Source: an uncultured Anaerolineales bacterium
Lineage (GTDB): Bacteria > Chloroflexota > Anaerolineae > CAZYHC01
Direction of reading: 5' to 3'
NCBI GenBank assembly: GCA_964646625.1
Contig: CAZYHC010000009.1
Coordinates: 48,958-112,957 of the forward strand
DNA: 64,000 bases
Position numbers and translations under genes: made by a program. The notes beneath the pieces are model-generated. The model was not told where the DNA came from, ran no database searches, and saw only the letters and a program-made list of their open reading frames with translations. This document shows positions 53,122 through 62,426 of this stretch, piece after piece. Every line of letters begins with the position of its first letter. Position 1 is the stretch's first letter.

Positions 53122-53418
53122 ATGAGTATTGTTAAGCTCGAAGTAAAGTTACCTGAAGATATATATTTAACGCTGCGAGCGGCAGGATTTGACAAGGAAA
53201 CACTAAGCGAGAGATTTAAACAGGACCTGGCTATGAAGCTCTATGCAGAGCATAGACTTTCTCTGGGCAAAGCGTCCAGGATGGCAGAGATGAGCCGTGC
53301 TGATTTTATGAACCTGCTGGTCAAGAACGGCTTCGCTGTGGTTGAATACACTGAGGAGGATTACGAGAAAGATATCGCTACGATAACGAGATTTGTCGAG
53401 AAAGAACCCGGAGGATGA
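53122..53418 (+). CDS. UPF0175-like putative antitoxin
   Basis: LAMKLYAEHRLSLGKASRMAEMSRADFMNLLVKNG is the characteristic HTH-like core. The region is low-GC. Confidence 0.6.
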   Translation: MSIVKLEVKLPEDIYLTLRAAGFDKETLSERFKQDLAMKLYAEHRLSLGKASRMAEMSRADFMNLLVKNGFAVVEYTEEDYEKDIATITRFVEKEPGG

Positions 53419-53450
53419 AGACTGTAGTCTTTGATCCTATTCATTCATAA
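53415..53450 (+). pseudogene. 11-codon remnant of a PIN-like (DUF3368-type) toxin gene
   Basis: ATGA overlap with UPF0175, as in intact pairs. It reads MKTVVFDPIHS then stops. The identification is inferential. Confidence 0.35.
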
Positions 53451-53503
53451 TAATCTACTTGAAAGCACTCCTCTTGTCTTATGAGAGGCAGAGGTATATT
53501 GTT

Positions 53504-55009
53504 ATGGAATACCGATTGACCCCAAGGGAAGGACGTGGACACTATTGCGTCGAATACACAGGACAACCTGCGGAACAGATCACCAAGGAGCTTGAAAGTC
53601 TTTATCAAAGGCGCTCTTATCTGCTAGGAGTACTGAACATTGCGCCTAGACCCAGCAAGTTTCGCAAAGGGTGGATGTACTTCTACATCAAAAGTGCTGA
53701 CGAGAAGAAGGTCAAGGAAGTCCACCGCTTCTTTCTGGAGAAAGGGTTCACGCCTAGTAATGATGGTATCAAACCCTTTCAATGCCCAAATTGTGGGGAA
53801 ATCAATCGAAGAGGAGCTAAGTTTTGCTTATCTTGTGGGATTTCACTCACGACTGAGGCTCAACAAATACACGTTCTAAAGCCAGGGCAACCTCTGCACT
53901 ATGGTCGCTATACGGTTATCGATTTACTTAAGGAAGGCGGAATGGGAGCCCTTTACTTGGCACATGATACTAAAACATACGATAGGGTTTGCATTATTAA
54001 GCAAATGAAGGATTACTTCGATTCCTCTAATCCGCAGGAGATAGCGGAGGCAGAGAAACTATTTGAGAATGAAGGGCGGATATTAGCTGCTTTGAACCAT
54101 ACAAACATTCCTAAGATTTATGATTATTTCCTTTCAGGTAAATGCACTTACATTGTGATGGAGTATATTGAAGGCACCGATCTCACTATCGGAGTAACAC
54201 ATAGAGATAGTCAGAGTAGGATTGTAAAGGCGAAACCTTTCTCACAGGAAGAAATAATTAAGCACGCCATTCGGATTTGTAAAGTCCTAGAATATCTACA
54301 TTCTTTCAAAGATTCCCGAACAGGGCAGATCAGACCTGTTGTTCATCATGACATTAAACCAGCCAATATAATCCTAGATAAGAATAACGGTGAGGCTCAT
54401 CTCGTCGATTTCGGCATAGCGAGACCTCGTCAGTGTAAACAGATAGATTCAGGGAGCGTTCAATGGGGGCAAACAGAACCGTATGGTACAGAAGGATATG
54501 CTCCTCCAGAACAATACCGAGGGCAGTCTGAGCCGCGATCAGATATATACGCTTTAGGGGCGACGATTTACCATCTTCTCACCGATGATAACCCTCAAGA
54601 ACACCCATCATTATTCCCTAAATTGGGTTCCCTGCCCCCACGTCTAAGTTCTATTTTAGAGAAAGCGTTACGAGAAAATGCCTCACAAAGGTATAGTGCC
54701 AGTGAGTTGAGAGGCGAACTTGAGAGTCTATTAGTTCTATCACCCCTTCAATCCAGCCCCAAACTTGCTCAGCCTAAAACGAGACACTCTACTCAACCCA
54801 GTCCCATACCCACCCAGCTTAAAGCGAAAGACCCTACTCAGCCCAGCCCTACATCAGTCCAGCCTGAGCCGACAGATTCTATCTCTCAAGTTACATCAGA
54901 TCACACTTTTATTACAAAATATTATCAATATATCATTTTGGGGGGCTTAGGATTTGCAGTTATCTGTGGTCTTATTATTCTTGGCTTATTAATCTTTTAC
55001 TCGCCCTAA
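53504..55009 (+). CDS. Ser/Thr protein kinase with N-terminal unknown domain, zinc ribbon and C-terminal tail anchor
   Basis: CPNCGEINRRGAKFCLSCG, GGMGALY, CIIKQM, HHDIKPANIIL, VDFGIA, GYAPPE. A P/S/Q-rich linker and a terminal TM follow. Confidence 0.85.
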   Translation: MEYRLTPREGRGHYCVEYTGQPAEQITKELESLYQRRSYLLGVLNIAPRPSKFRKGWMYFYIKSADEKKVKEVHRFFLEKGFTPSNDGIKPFQCPNCGEINRRGAKFCLSCGISLTTEAQQIHVLKPGQPLHYGRYTVIDLLKEGGMGALYLAHDTKTYDRVCIIKQMKDYFDSSNPQEIAEAEKLFENEGRILAALNHTNIPKIYDYFLSGKCTYIVMEYIEGTDLTIGVTHRDSQSRIVKAKPFSQEEIIKHAIRICKVLEYLHSFKDSRTGQIRPVVHHDIKPANIILDKNNGEAHLVDFGIARPRQCKQIDSGSVQWGQTEPYGTEGYAPPEQYRGQSEPRSDIYALGATIYHLLTDDNPQEHPSLFPKLGSLPPRLSSILEKALRENASQRYSASELRGELESLLVLSPLQSSPKLAQPKTRHSTQPSPIPTQLKAKDPTQPSPTSVQPEPTDSISQVTSDHTFITKYYQYIILGGLGFAVICGLIILGLLIFYSP

Positions 55010-55042
55010 TCTCCCTGCTTATGTAATCCATTGATTCAGTAA

Positions 55043-56377
55043 ATGAAGAGAACAAGGACTTATTCAGGTAGCAGGTCCAGGAGCAGCGGCTCCCAGGCGC
55101 GGAAGAGAAGCCCTCTCCTGAACGGATTGTGGCGTACCTTAAAAAAGGGTGAGGATAAAGGACCGCCTAACTTTTGCAGCGTCGTCGATCTGGGCACAGA
55201 GTACGTCAAAGCCCTGGTGGTGAAGATCGAAGGCGAACGGGCCACCATTATCGGCCAGGGACAGGCCAGATCCGGGAGCAACCGCCTGGGGAGCAGGGCG
55301 GTGGCGGCCATCTGTGACCGGGCTCTGCGCACTGCCGAGGATATGACCGAAGAGGTCTACGGTCGCAAAATCGTGCCCGACCGGGTGGTGATGGGCGTGG
55401 CGGCCTCCCTGGTGCATGGTGCGGCTTACACCTTCAGGCAGCGACGCCATGCCCCTCAGCGCCGCATAGAACCACAAGAGCTGGAAGGAGTTCTACACCG
55501 CGCCCAACGCCTGGCTTTGCAACGCCTGCAACGGGAGTCTGGTTTGGATGAGCCAGAGTTGAGCCTGGTGAACACTTCCATGGTCGAGATCAACGTGGAC
55601 GGGCACCGGGTTACCGACCCCATCGGGTTCCGGGGTCAGTTTTTGACCCTCACCATTTTCAACGCCCTGGCCCATAGCCGTGAGCTGGCTACCCTGAAGG
55701 GCATCGCCGGCGAACTGGAGTTGGCCCCGGTGCTTCTGGCCCTGGAAGGCCAGGCTTTGGCGTGCTCTCTCACCGCCAGAGAGGCCCTGGTCCTCGATAT
55801 CGGCGGTCGGGTAACCACCGTCTGCCTGATACGCAACGGCGCCCTGGTGGCCCTCAAGGTTCTGTCCTGCGGGGGCTACGCTCTTACCGAGCATCTGGCC
55901 CGTGCCTTTGGCCTTTCTTCCCAGCGGGCCGAAGCGTTAAAGATCGCTTATAACCAGGGCAAGCTCCAAGAAAAAGTGGCCCACTCCACGCAAAAGACGC
56001 TGGCCCCTCTCGTCGAAGCCTGGCTCGCGCAGGTCGAAAAAACGCTGAAGGAATTGGCCGTACAGAATGCAGAGCCCCTCCCCCATCAACTTTACCTGTG
56101 CGGGGGAGGCAGCGAGTTGACCGACCTGGTAGAAAGAACGCGAGCCTTTGCCTGGATGAGCGCCCTGCCTTTCGACCGTTACCCGGAGGTGCAATGCCTG
56201 AACCCGTCTGCTATCCCTCATGTGCCGAACCGGACGGGGCTGCCCCTGGGACGGGAGCACACCACAGTCACCAGCCTGGCTCGCTGGGCTGCCACTGCAA
56301 GGGCCGAGACCAGTCTTCCCACCCACCTGCTGAACAAAATAACCACCAGGAGCCTGAAAGCCATGCTGGGAGTGTGA
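55043..56377 (+). CDS. FtsA/PilM-like actin-fold ATPase
   Basis: VVDLGTEYVKALVV, LVLDIGGRVTTV and LYLCGGGSEL phosphate/adenosine motifs. The N-terminal tail is basic. Confidence 0.65.
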   Translation: MKRTRTYSGSRSRSSGSQARKRSPLLNGLWRTLKKGEDKGPPNFCSVVDLGTEYVKALVVKIEGERATIIGQGQARSGSNRLGSRAVAAICDRALRTAEDMTEEVYGRKIVPDRVVMGVAASLVHGAAYTFRQRRHAPQRRIEPQELEGVLHRAQRLALQRLQRESGLDEPELSLVNTSMVEINVDGHRVTDPIGFRGQFLTLTIFNALAHSRELATLKGIAGELELAPVLLALEGQALACSLTAREALVLDIGGRVTTVCLIRNGALVALKVLSCGGYALTEHLARAFGLSSQRAEALKIAYNQGKLQEKVAHSTQKTLAPLVEAWLAQVEKTLKELAVQNAEPLPHQLYLCGGGSELTDLVERTRAFAWMSALPFDRYPEVQCLNPSAIPHVPNRTGLPLGREHTTVTSLARWAATARAETSLPTHLLNKITTRSLKAMLGV

Positions 56378-56481
56378 CTCCCAGGCTCAAAGCTGAAATG
56401 AGCTAAAGCGCGCTATTTAAAAGTGATTTTAGCGCACCTGGGCCGTTAGCCTGAAAATGGATATAGGATGAAGCGTGAAGA

Positions 56482-57987
56482 ATGACCGAACAGATAATGT
56501 ACCTGGAAGACAATGACGATATTGCCTCCATTCGGGATCGGCTGGATTGGGCTCGGGCTGAGCGGGTGCTCCTGATCGTCCCTTCCAGGTGTCGGGCTTT
56601 GACCAATGCTATTAACCTCAAACTGCTGCAACGTCACGCCGCTAACCTGGCGCTGGACGTGGCCCTGGTCTCCAGAAAGCGGGGCATCCGGAAACTATCT
56701 CGTGAACTCGACATAGATGTCTTTACCTCGGTGGGGCAGGCCCAACAGGCCGGGTGGCGGGGGGCGTTTGAGGCCGAAGACCTGCCCCATCGAGTGCACG
56801 ACCTGGACGGGGTGCAGGGGCGTCGGAAGCCCGTCCCGCTCCAGAGAGACGATTCCCAGTTCGTGCAGCAGATCATCGCGTTTGTTTTCTTTGGCATGTT
56901 ATTCCTCATCGTGCTGGCTGGCGCTTTGTTCGTAGTGCCCAGCGCGAATGTGATCCTGATCCCGGCCGTCGAACCCATCAGCGAGACGATAGAGATCCAG
57001 GCCGATCCGGAGGTGGCAACCATAGACTACGAAATAGCGCTCATTCCGGCCCGGGCCATAGAAGTGGAAGTGGAAGGTACAGACCGCATTCCCACCGCCT
57101 CCAAAAGAGACACCGCCGATGCCCGGGCCACAGGGACGGTGATCTTCGTCAGCCAGGTAGACGAGCCTGTTTTTGTGCCGCTGGGAACGGGGGTGAGTAC
57201 CTCGTCGGGCACCACCATCAGATTTACCACGGTCGAGGAGGCTACCGTGCCGCCCAAGGAGACGGTTGAAGTGAAGATCGTGGCCGTCGATCCGGGACCC
57301 AGCGGCAACGTTCAGCAGCACCTTATCAATACCATCGGCAACCAGGCTTTGGCCCGCCAACTCAAAGTTATTAACGATAAACCCACCGGCGGGGGCAACG
57401 TCAGACAGGCCGGCGTAGTCACTCAGGCCGATAAAGACCGTCTGCGCACGCTCCTGTTGCAACAGTTGCAACAAAAAGCCTACGCTAAGCTGCTGGATTT
57501 ACTGAACGAGCAGGAGTTCGTGCCGCCCGAATCCATGGAAGTGGCGATCCTCGACGAGGTTTACGATGAGTTCGTGGGCGAGGAGGCCGATGCCCTGGGC
57601 CTGGAGATGCGGGTGCGGGCCATCGGAACAGCTATCGGCGGACATGAGGCTAATACCCTGGTGCTGCGTCTGCTCCAGGCCAGGGTCGATGCCGAGCATC
57701 AACTGATCCCCCAGGGTTTGGAGTTCAGGCCGGGCCAGGTCACCAAAGTGGAAGGCCGAAAAGTGTCTTTTATCATGAAGGCTTCCGGCTTTGTGGCCGC
57801 GCGGGTCGATACGCAGGGCATCATCAACGGTATTCGGGGGCGCTCGGTGGCCGAAGCTAAAAGATATCTGAGCCAATACCTGGCTCTCAGACAGGAGCCG
57901 GTCATCCAGGTTACTCCCAGTTGGCTGGGGCGTGTGCCCTGGCTCCCTTTCCGCATATTTATCTCTATCGAGGCGGGAGAGGTCTAG
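56482..57987 (+). CDS. Hypothetical single-pass membrane protein (possible baseplate-J-like beta domain)
   Basis: One TM (IIAFVFFGMLFLIVLAGALFVV). ATGTVIFVSQ...TIRFTTVEEATV...VDPGPSGNV is reminiscent of gp47/J-like proteins, but this is a weak call. Confidence 0.3.
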   Translation: MTEQIMYLEDNDDIASIRDRLDWARAERVLLIVPSRCRALTNAINLKLLQRHAANLALDVALVSRKRGIRKLSRELDIDVFTSVGQAQQAGWRGAFEAEDLPHRVHDLDGVQGRRKPVPLQRDDSQFVQQIIAFVFFGMLFLIVLAGALFVVPSANVILIPAVEPISETIEIQADPEVATIDYEIALIPARAIEVEVEGTDRIPTASKRDTADARATGTVIFVSQVDEPVFVPLGTGVSTSSGTTIRFTTVEEATVPPKETVEVKIVAVDPGPSGNVQQHLINTIGNQALARQLKVINDKPTGGGNVRQAGVVTQADKDRLRTLLLQQLQQKAYAKLLDLLNEQEFVPPESMEVAILDEVYDEFVGEEADALGLEMRVRAIGTAIGGHEANTLVLRLLQARVDAEHQLIPQGLEFRPGQVTKVEGRKVSFIMKASGFVAARVDTQGIINGIRGRSVAEAKRYLSQYLALRQEPVIQVTPSWLGRVPWLPFRIFISIEAGEV

Positions 57988-58419
57988 ATGCGGATTCTGG
58001 CGTTGGACATCGGCCAGGCCCGGATCGGGGTGGCGGTCAGCGACCCGCACCAAATCCTGGCCCGCAGCCTGAAAGTCATCGACAGGAGCTCACGCCAGAA
58101 AGATTTTGCGGTTATCGGCCGTCTGGTGCGTGAACTGGAGGTGGAGAAGGTCATCGTGGGGCATCCGCTCCAACTGGACGGGACGGTCGGGCGGCAGGCC
58201 AGGCGCGTGGAGCGTTACGCGGCAGCGCTGGCCGAGAGCCTCGACGTACCGGTCCTGCTCAGGGATGAACGGCTCTCCACTGTGGAGGCCCAACAATTGA
58301 TGATCGAGGCCGGACACAAACGCAAAACCCGCAGACGGAAAATCGACGCCGTAGCCGCCGCCGTGTTCTTACAAGATTACCTGGATGAGCAGCGGGCCGC
58401 CAGCAGGATTGTAAAGTGA
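57988..58419 (+). CDS. ruvX: Holliday junction resolvase-like RuvX (YqgF)
   Basis: MRILALDIGQARIGVAVSD start, GHPLQLDGTVG, 143 aa. Confidence 0.9.
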   Translation: MRILALDIGQARIGVAVSDPHQILARSLKVIDRSSRQKDFAVIGRLVRELEVEKVIVGHPLQLDGTVGRQARRVERYAAALAESLDVPVLLRDERLSTVEAQQLMIEAGHKRKTRRRKIDAVAAAVFLQDYLDEQRAASRIVK

Positions 58420-58564
58420 ACGAACCACGGCGATCAGGACGCACTCCAAAACTGGATGCCCGGTAAGACGAATTTCGCTTGCAGCGGTTGGTGGCGGCCA
58501 TTCGCTTCGCACCATAACCGCCGCGCCAGGCGGGTGCTATTAGCAGACAGAAGGAGAGAAAACT

Positions 58565-59743
58565 GTGCTAAAGATATTAGGCGGTCTGGTACGTTTCATC
58601 CTTTTTCTCGTGGCTCTGAGCGCCATGCTGGTGATCTGCGGAGGGGCAGGCTGGTACGTCCTCGACCAGGGCATGATCAGCAGCGTGGGCGGAGTTAGCG
58701 GCGGGCAGGGTGGGGGCCCGCCGGTGCAGGTCTCGGGTTCGACCCTGGAGGATACCCTGATCGGCATCTATCTAAGCTTCCGGCAGGCCGAACTCGAACA
58801 GCCGGCCAGCGACTCGGACGTTCTGGTCACCTTCACCATCGAGCAGGGCGAAACGGGCAGCACGGTAGCGGCCCGCCTGGAAGAGATGGGGCTGATCACC
58901 GACAGCAACCTGTTCAGCCTCTACATGCGCTACCATAAAATCGATAGCAAGCTGGAAGCGGGGGACTACGATCTCAGTTCCAGCATGACCATGATCGAGA
59001 TTGCCGAGAGCCTCCAACATGCCCGCGTAGATGAGATAGTGGTCACCGTGCCCGAGGGCTGGCGGGCTGAACAGATAGCCGAGATGTTGACTGAAAACGA
59101 GATCGTGGATGGCGAAGAGTTTATGGCCCTGGTGCGCGAGGGCGGCGACTTCCACCTCGAGTTCCTGGGGGACCGTTCCGGCGGCCACCCGGCCCTGGAA
59201 GGCTTTCTCTTCCCCGAGACCTACCGTATTGCGACCAAGGCCACGCCCGCCGATTTCATCAAGCGGATGTTGAACACCTTTGACCGGCGTTTCACGCCGG
59301 AAATGAGACAGGAAGCCGCCAGCAAGGGCCTGACCGTGTACCAGGTGGTGACGCTGGCCGCTATCGTGGAGCGGGAGGCGGTTATCCCCGAAGAACGACC
59401 GCTCATCGCCAGTGTCTATCTGAATCGATTGGCGGCGGATATGCTGTTGAACGCCGACCCGACGGTACAATATGCTATGGGCTATCAACCCAACACCGGC
59501 CAGTGGTGGAAAACGCCCATCAGCCTGGAAGAATATTCCCTGATCGATTCGCCCTATAACACTTACCTGTACGGGGGCTTGCCGCCGGGCCCGATTTGTA
59601 ACCCTGGTCTGTCCTCTATCCAGGCCGTGGTGCGACCGGCCCAGACTGATTACCTGTACTTCTTAGGCAAAGGGGATGGCTCCCACGTCTTTGCCAGGAC
59701 GTATGAGGAGCACATCCGAAACCAGGAACAATTGCAATACTAA
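58565..59743 (+). CDS. mltG: Endolytic peptidoglycan transglycosylase MltG (YceG)
   Basis: N-terminal TM, LEGFLFPETY, ASIVEREA-like AAIVEREA and YNTYLYGGLPPGPICNPG motifs. Confidence 0.9.
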   Translation: MLKILGGLVRFILFLVALSAMLVICGGAGWYVLDQGMISSVGGVSGGQGGGPPVQVSGSTLEDTLIGIYLSFRQAELEQPASDSDVLVTFTIEQGETGSTVAARLEEMGLITDSNLFSLYMRYHKIDSKLEAGDYDLSSSMTMIEIAESLQHARVDEIVVTVPEGWRAEQIAEMLTENEIVDGEEFMALVREGGDFHLEFLGDRSGGHPALEGFLFPETYRIATKATPADFIKRMLNTFDRRFTPEMRQEAASKGLTVYQVVTLAAIVEREAVIPEERPLIASVYLNRLAADMLLNADPTVQYAMGYQPNTGQWWKTPISLEEYSLIDSPYNTYLYGGLPPGPICNPGLSSIQAVVRPAQTDYLYFLGKGDGSHVFARTYEEHIRNQEQLQY

Positions 59744-59797
59744 AGCCGCGCGACTCCTGGCTGGTGAGGGTGTTATCTAATTATAGCCGTAGCCGAC

Positions 59798-59826
59798 TTG
59801 ACAGATGAAGCATTAAAGGCTATACT
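59798..59826 (+). promoter_or_regulatory. Sigma-70 promoter of acpP
   Basis: TTGACA (59798-59803), a 17-nt spacer, then TATACT (59821-59826). Confidence 0.6.
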
Positions 59827-59880
59827 TGGGGACACCCTGAGCAAGAGGGACATTAATTATCTAAGGAAAGGAGTGGAACA

Positions 59881-60111
59881 ATGGATACATTCGCTGTGGT
59901 CAAAGAAATCATTGTCGAACAGTTGGGGGTCGAGGAGGACAAAGTGACCCTGGACGCCAGGTTCCGTGAAGACCTGGAAGCCGACTCCCTGGACCTGGTG
60001 GAGTTGATTATGGCCTTCGAGGAGAGATTTGAGGGCGAAATCTCCGACGACGATGCCCAACAGATCACCACCGTAGGCGAGGCGGTCAAGTACATCAAGG
60101 ACAACCTCTGA
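59881..60111 (+). CDS. acpP: Acyl carrier protein
   Basis: [17 protein letters not shown] phosphopantetheine-attachment motif, 76 aa. Confidence 0.95.
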   Translation: MDTFAVVKEIIVEQLGVEEDKVTLDARFREDLEADSLDLVELIMAFEERFEGEISDDDAQQITTVGEAVKYIKDNL

Positions 60112-60216
60112 GACTAAGCGCCGATCCGAAAAATTAGCGGGGTGGTCACCCTGGCTGCTGTCGAGCAGGATGCCCGACCAGCAGGCACTAAATAGCGGTA
60201 TACTGTTAAGCCCTGT

Positions 60217-60297
60217 ATGCCCGGATTGCAGAATAAAGGTCCTGAAAGCCCGTTGGAGGACAGTTCAGGCCTCGGCAGCCGGGCATCCGTGTTTTGA
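60217..60297 (+). terminator. Long compound hairpin plus U-run downstream of acpP
   Basis: Outer stem ATGCCCGG / CCGGGCAT, inner 9-bp stem AGG(T)CCTGAA / TTCAGGCCT, then CCGTGTTTTG. Confidence 0.35.
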
Positions 60298-60353
60298 CCA
60301 TCGGGCTATTTTAAAGAAGTAAGGCGAAGCCGCCAACGGCGCGTCAGGCAACG

Positions 60354-61400
60354 TCAGCGAATCTCTTGCTCCCTTATCCCCAGTCTACTCCAGGCTTTTT
60401 GCGCTATCCATACAAAGCCGTAGATTACCAACAGCAGCCCCGGCGTCATGAGCACCTTTATTTCCTGTGGGTTGAGTATCTTTATTTCCTGTGAGGCGTC
60501 CTGGCGCGCCCCGGTGAAGGCTAAGACCAGCGTGGCGCCGATCCACAGCGCGGCGATGGTCACATCGAAGACAGAAAGCCGCCTCCGCTTGAGAGAAACC
60601 CGCTCGGCCCTGGCTGCGGCGTCGGCAGACAGCGATGCCTCTCTGTGGCTCAAGCTGAAGGCAATCGCCTCTTTGGGGCACTCGTCGGTGCACTTGAGAC
60701 AACGGGTGCAGTTTGAGCTGCGCACCTCGCCATGGGCCTTGAGTTCGCCCATCACGTCCACCTGCATGTCGCAACTGCGGTTGCACTTCCCGCAACCAGT
60801 GCATCCATCGCTCACCAACCGCACCTTGCTCACGCCCACACTACCGAAAATCTTGAGCAATGCGCCGATAGGGCACAGGTAGCGGCACCAGGCCCGCCGG
60901 CCGAAGACAAAGAGGAGCACCGGACCAAACAAGATCAGCGTTATCAAGATGGAAATGCCGGTCTGCTGGCCGCCCCAGGGCGGGGTGTCGGCCAGCCGGA
61001 AGGCGAACGTGGCCGGGAAGCCTTGAAGCCAGTTCACTAGCAGGCTGTTGTAAACCTTCAGGGCCAGGGCCACAAAGGGTATGACTCCCAGGTACAGCAG
61101 CACCCGGCGCGGAAGCTTGCTCTTCAGCTTGCCGATCCCCCACTCGACCAGTTCCAGATAGCCGCCGAACCAGCAGAACCAGCTACAGAAGGCCCGCCCC
61201 AGGAGCAACGCCGAGGCGAACACCAGCATCCAGAAGACAAACCCGGCGTTGATCACCCCCCGCGAGAGGCCGGAGAAGAGGGCCTCGATCCCAATACTGC
61301 CCACCGCGTGGATGCCCAGGGTGTACCACGTGACCAGATGCACAGTCACCAGCAACATTAGGAAAACTCGGCTCAACGTGCGCAATCTTTGCACATTCAC
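60354..61400 (-). CDS. Membrane-bound 4Fe-4S ferredoxin-type protein (NapH/MauN-like)
   Basis: CSWFCWFG and CRYLCPIG membrane motifs, plus CTGCGKCNRSC and CTRCLKCTDECP clusters. Confidence 0.75.
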   Translation of the reverse strand: MNVQRLRTLSRVFLMLLVTVHLVTWYTLGIHAVGSIGIEALFSGLSRGVINAGFVFWMLVFASALLLGRAFCSWFCWFGGYLELVEWGIGKLKSKLPRRVLLYLGVIPFVALALKVYNSLLVNWLQGFPATFAFRLADTPPWGGQQTGISILITLILFGPVLLFVFGRRAWCRYLCPIGALLKIFGSVGVSKVRLVSDGCTGCGKCNRSCDMQVDVMGELKAHGEVRSSNCTRCLKCTDECPKEAIAFSLSHREASLSADAAARAERVSLKRRRLSVFDVTIAALWIGATLVLAFTGARQDASQEIKILNPQEIKVLMTPGLLLVIYGFVWIAQKAWSRLGIREQEIR

Positions 61401-62386
61401 CTTGCATTATCTCCTCTCTGTCTGTTCGAATCACCCAACTCCTCGATTATGGCCTGCACCAATAGCGGGATCATCAACTCGTGGTGACCGATGAGGGTGT
61501 ATCCTTTTCCCCCCTCGCCCACCGGCCGCCCCACCACGTTCTGCGCGGGCCGGTAGTGCCGTTGCACGTCCATGTTGACCGCCGTGAAAGCGGTCGGTCG
61601 TCCGTGGTTCAGATTGCGGGCTACGGTGAGGGCCTTGAGGAAAACCTCCGGCAGGAGCACCGCCGACCCGACGTTAAGGTAGACCCCGCCCTCCAGGTCG
61701 GCTACCAGGGCGGCCAAGAGGCGGAAATCGGTAAAGGTAGCCTGCCCGGTGGCCGCCCCGTCGGCGGTGGGATGCATGTGTACGATGTCGGTGCCCAGGG
61801 CCACGTGCACGGTCACGGGGATGCCCCCTTCCACCCCTCGGGCCAGAATGCTGTGCTGGCTAAAAGGGGCTCCCTTGCCAAGAGCGACGATCTGGCGGCC
61901 CAGCGCTTGGCCCAGGCCCAGTTCCTGCGCGGCGGCCTGGCGGGTGGCTTCGTTCAGCAGCCGGCCTGTTTCCTCGGCCATGCCAAAGGTCCCATCCCGC
62001 AGACCGTCCGCCACGTCCTCTGAGGTCTGGCCTATGAGGGCCACTTCCAGATCGTGGATGCCCCCTGCGCCGTTCAGGGCCACGGCCCGGATCACCCGCC
62101 GTCTCATCAACTCGATGACCAGCGGGGAGAGTCCGCACTTGATGACGTGTGCCCCCATAGCCCATATCACGGGCCGGCCCGTGCGGTGGGCCTCCACAAT
62201 GGCTTTCACCACCTGTCGGAAGTCCTCTCCGGCCAGGATGTGGGGCAACGAGTCGAGAAAATCGCGCAGGCTCAGGCCCGCAGAACACGGCCGGGCAAAA
62301 TCTGCCGCCTTAACCTTGTTCTGTCTCTGGGAGAGCGGGTAAGTTTTGACCTGGCCTAAATCTACGGGGCGATATTTATCCGGCAT
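61397..62386 (-). CDS. Deoxyhypusine-synthase-like (DHS-like NAD-binding fold) protein
   Basis: GAHVIKCGLSPLVIELM...AVALNGAGGIHDLEVALIGQTSE pattern, recalled as a DHS-family relative. The function is unknown. ATGA overlap with the downstream gene. Confidence 0.4.
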   Translation of the reverse strand: MPDKYRPVDLGQVKTYPLSQRQNKVKAADFARPCSAGLSLRDFLDSLPHILAGEDFRQVVKAIVEAHRTGRPVIWAMGAHVIKCGLSPLVIELMRRRVIRAVALNGAGGIHDLEVALIGQTSEDVADGLRDGTFGMAEETGRLLNEATRQAAAQELGLGQALGRQIVALGKGAPFSQHSILARGVEGGIPVTVHVALGTDIVHMHPTADGAATGQATFTDFRLLAALVADLEGGVYLNVGSAVLLPEVFLKALTVARNLNHGRPTAFTAVNMDVQRHYRPAQNVVGRPVGEGGKGYTLIGHHELMIPLLVQAIIEELGDSNRQRGDNAR

Positions 62387-62426
62387 CGTTTCACTCCCTC
62401 CGTGTAATCCGTGACCAAAATCCGTG

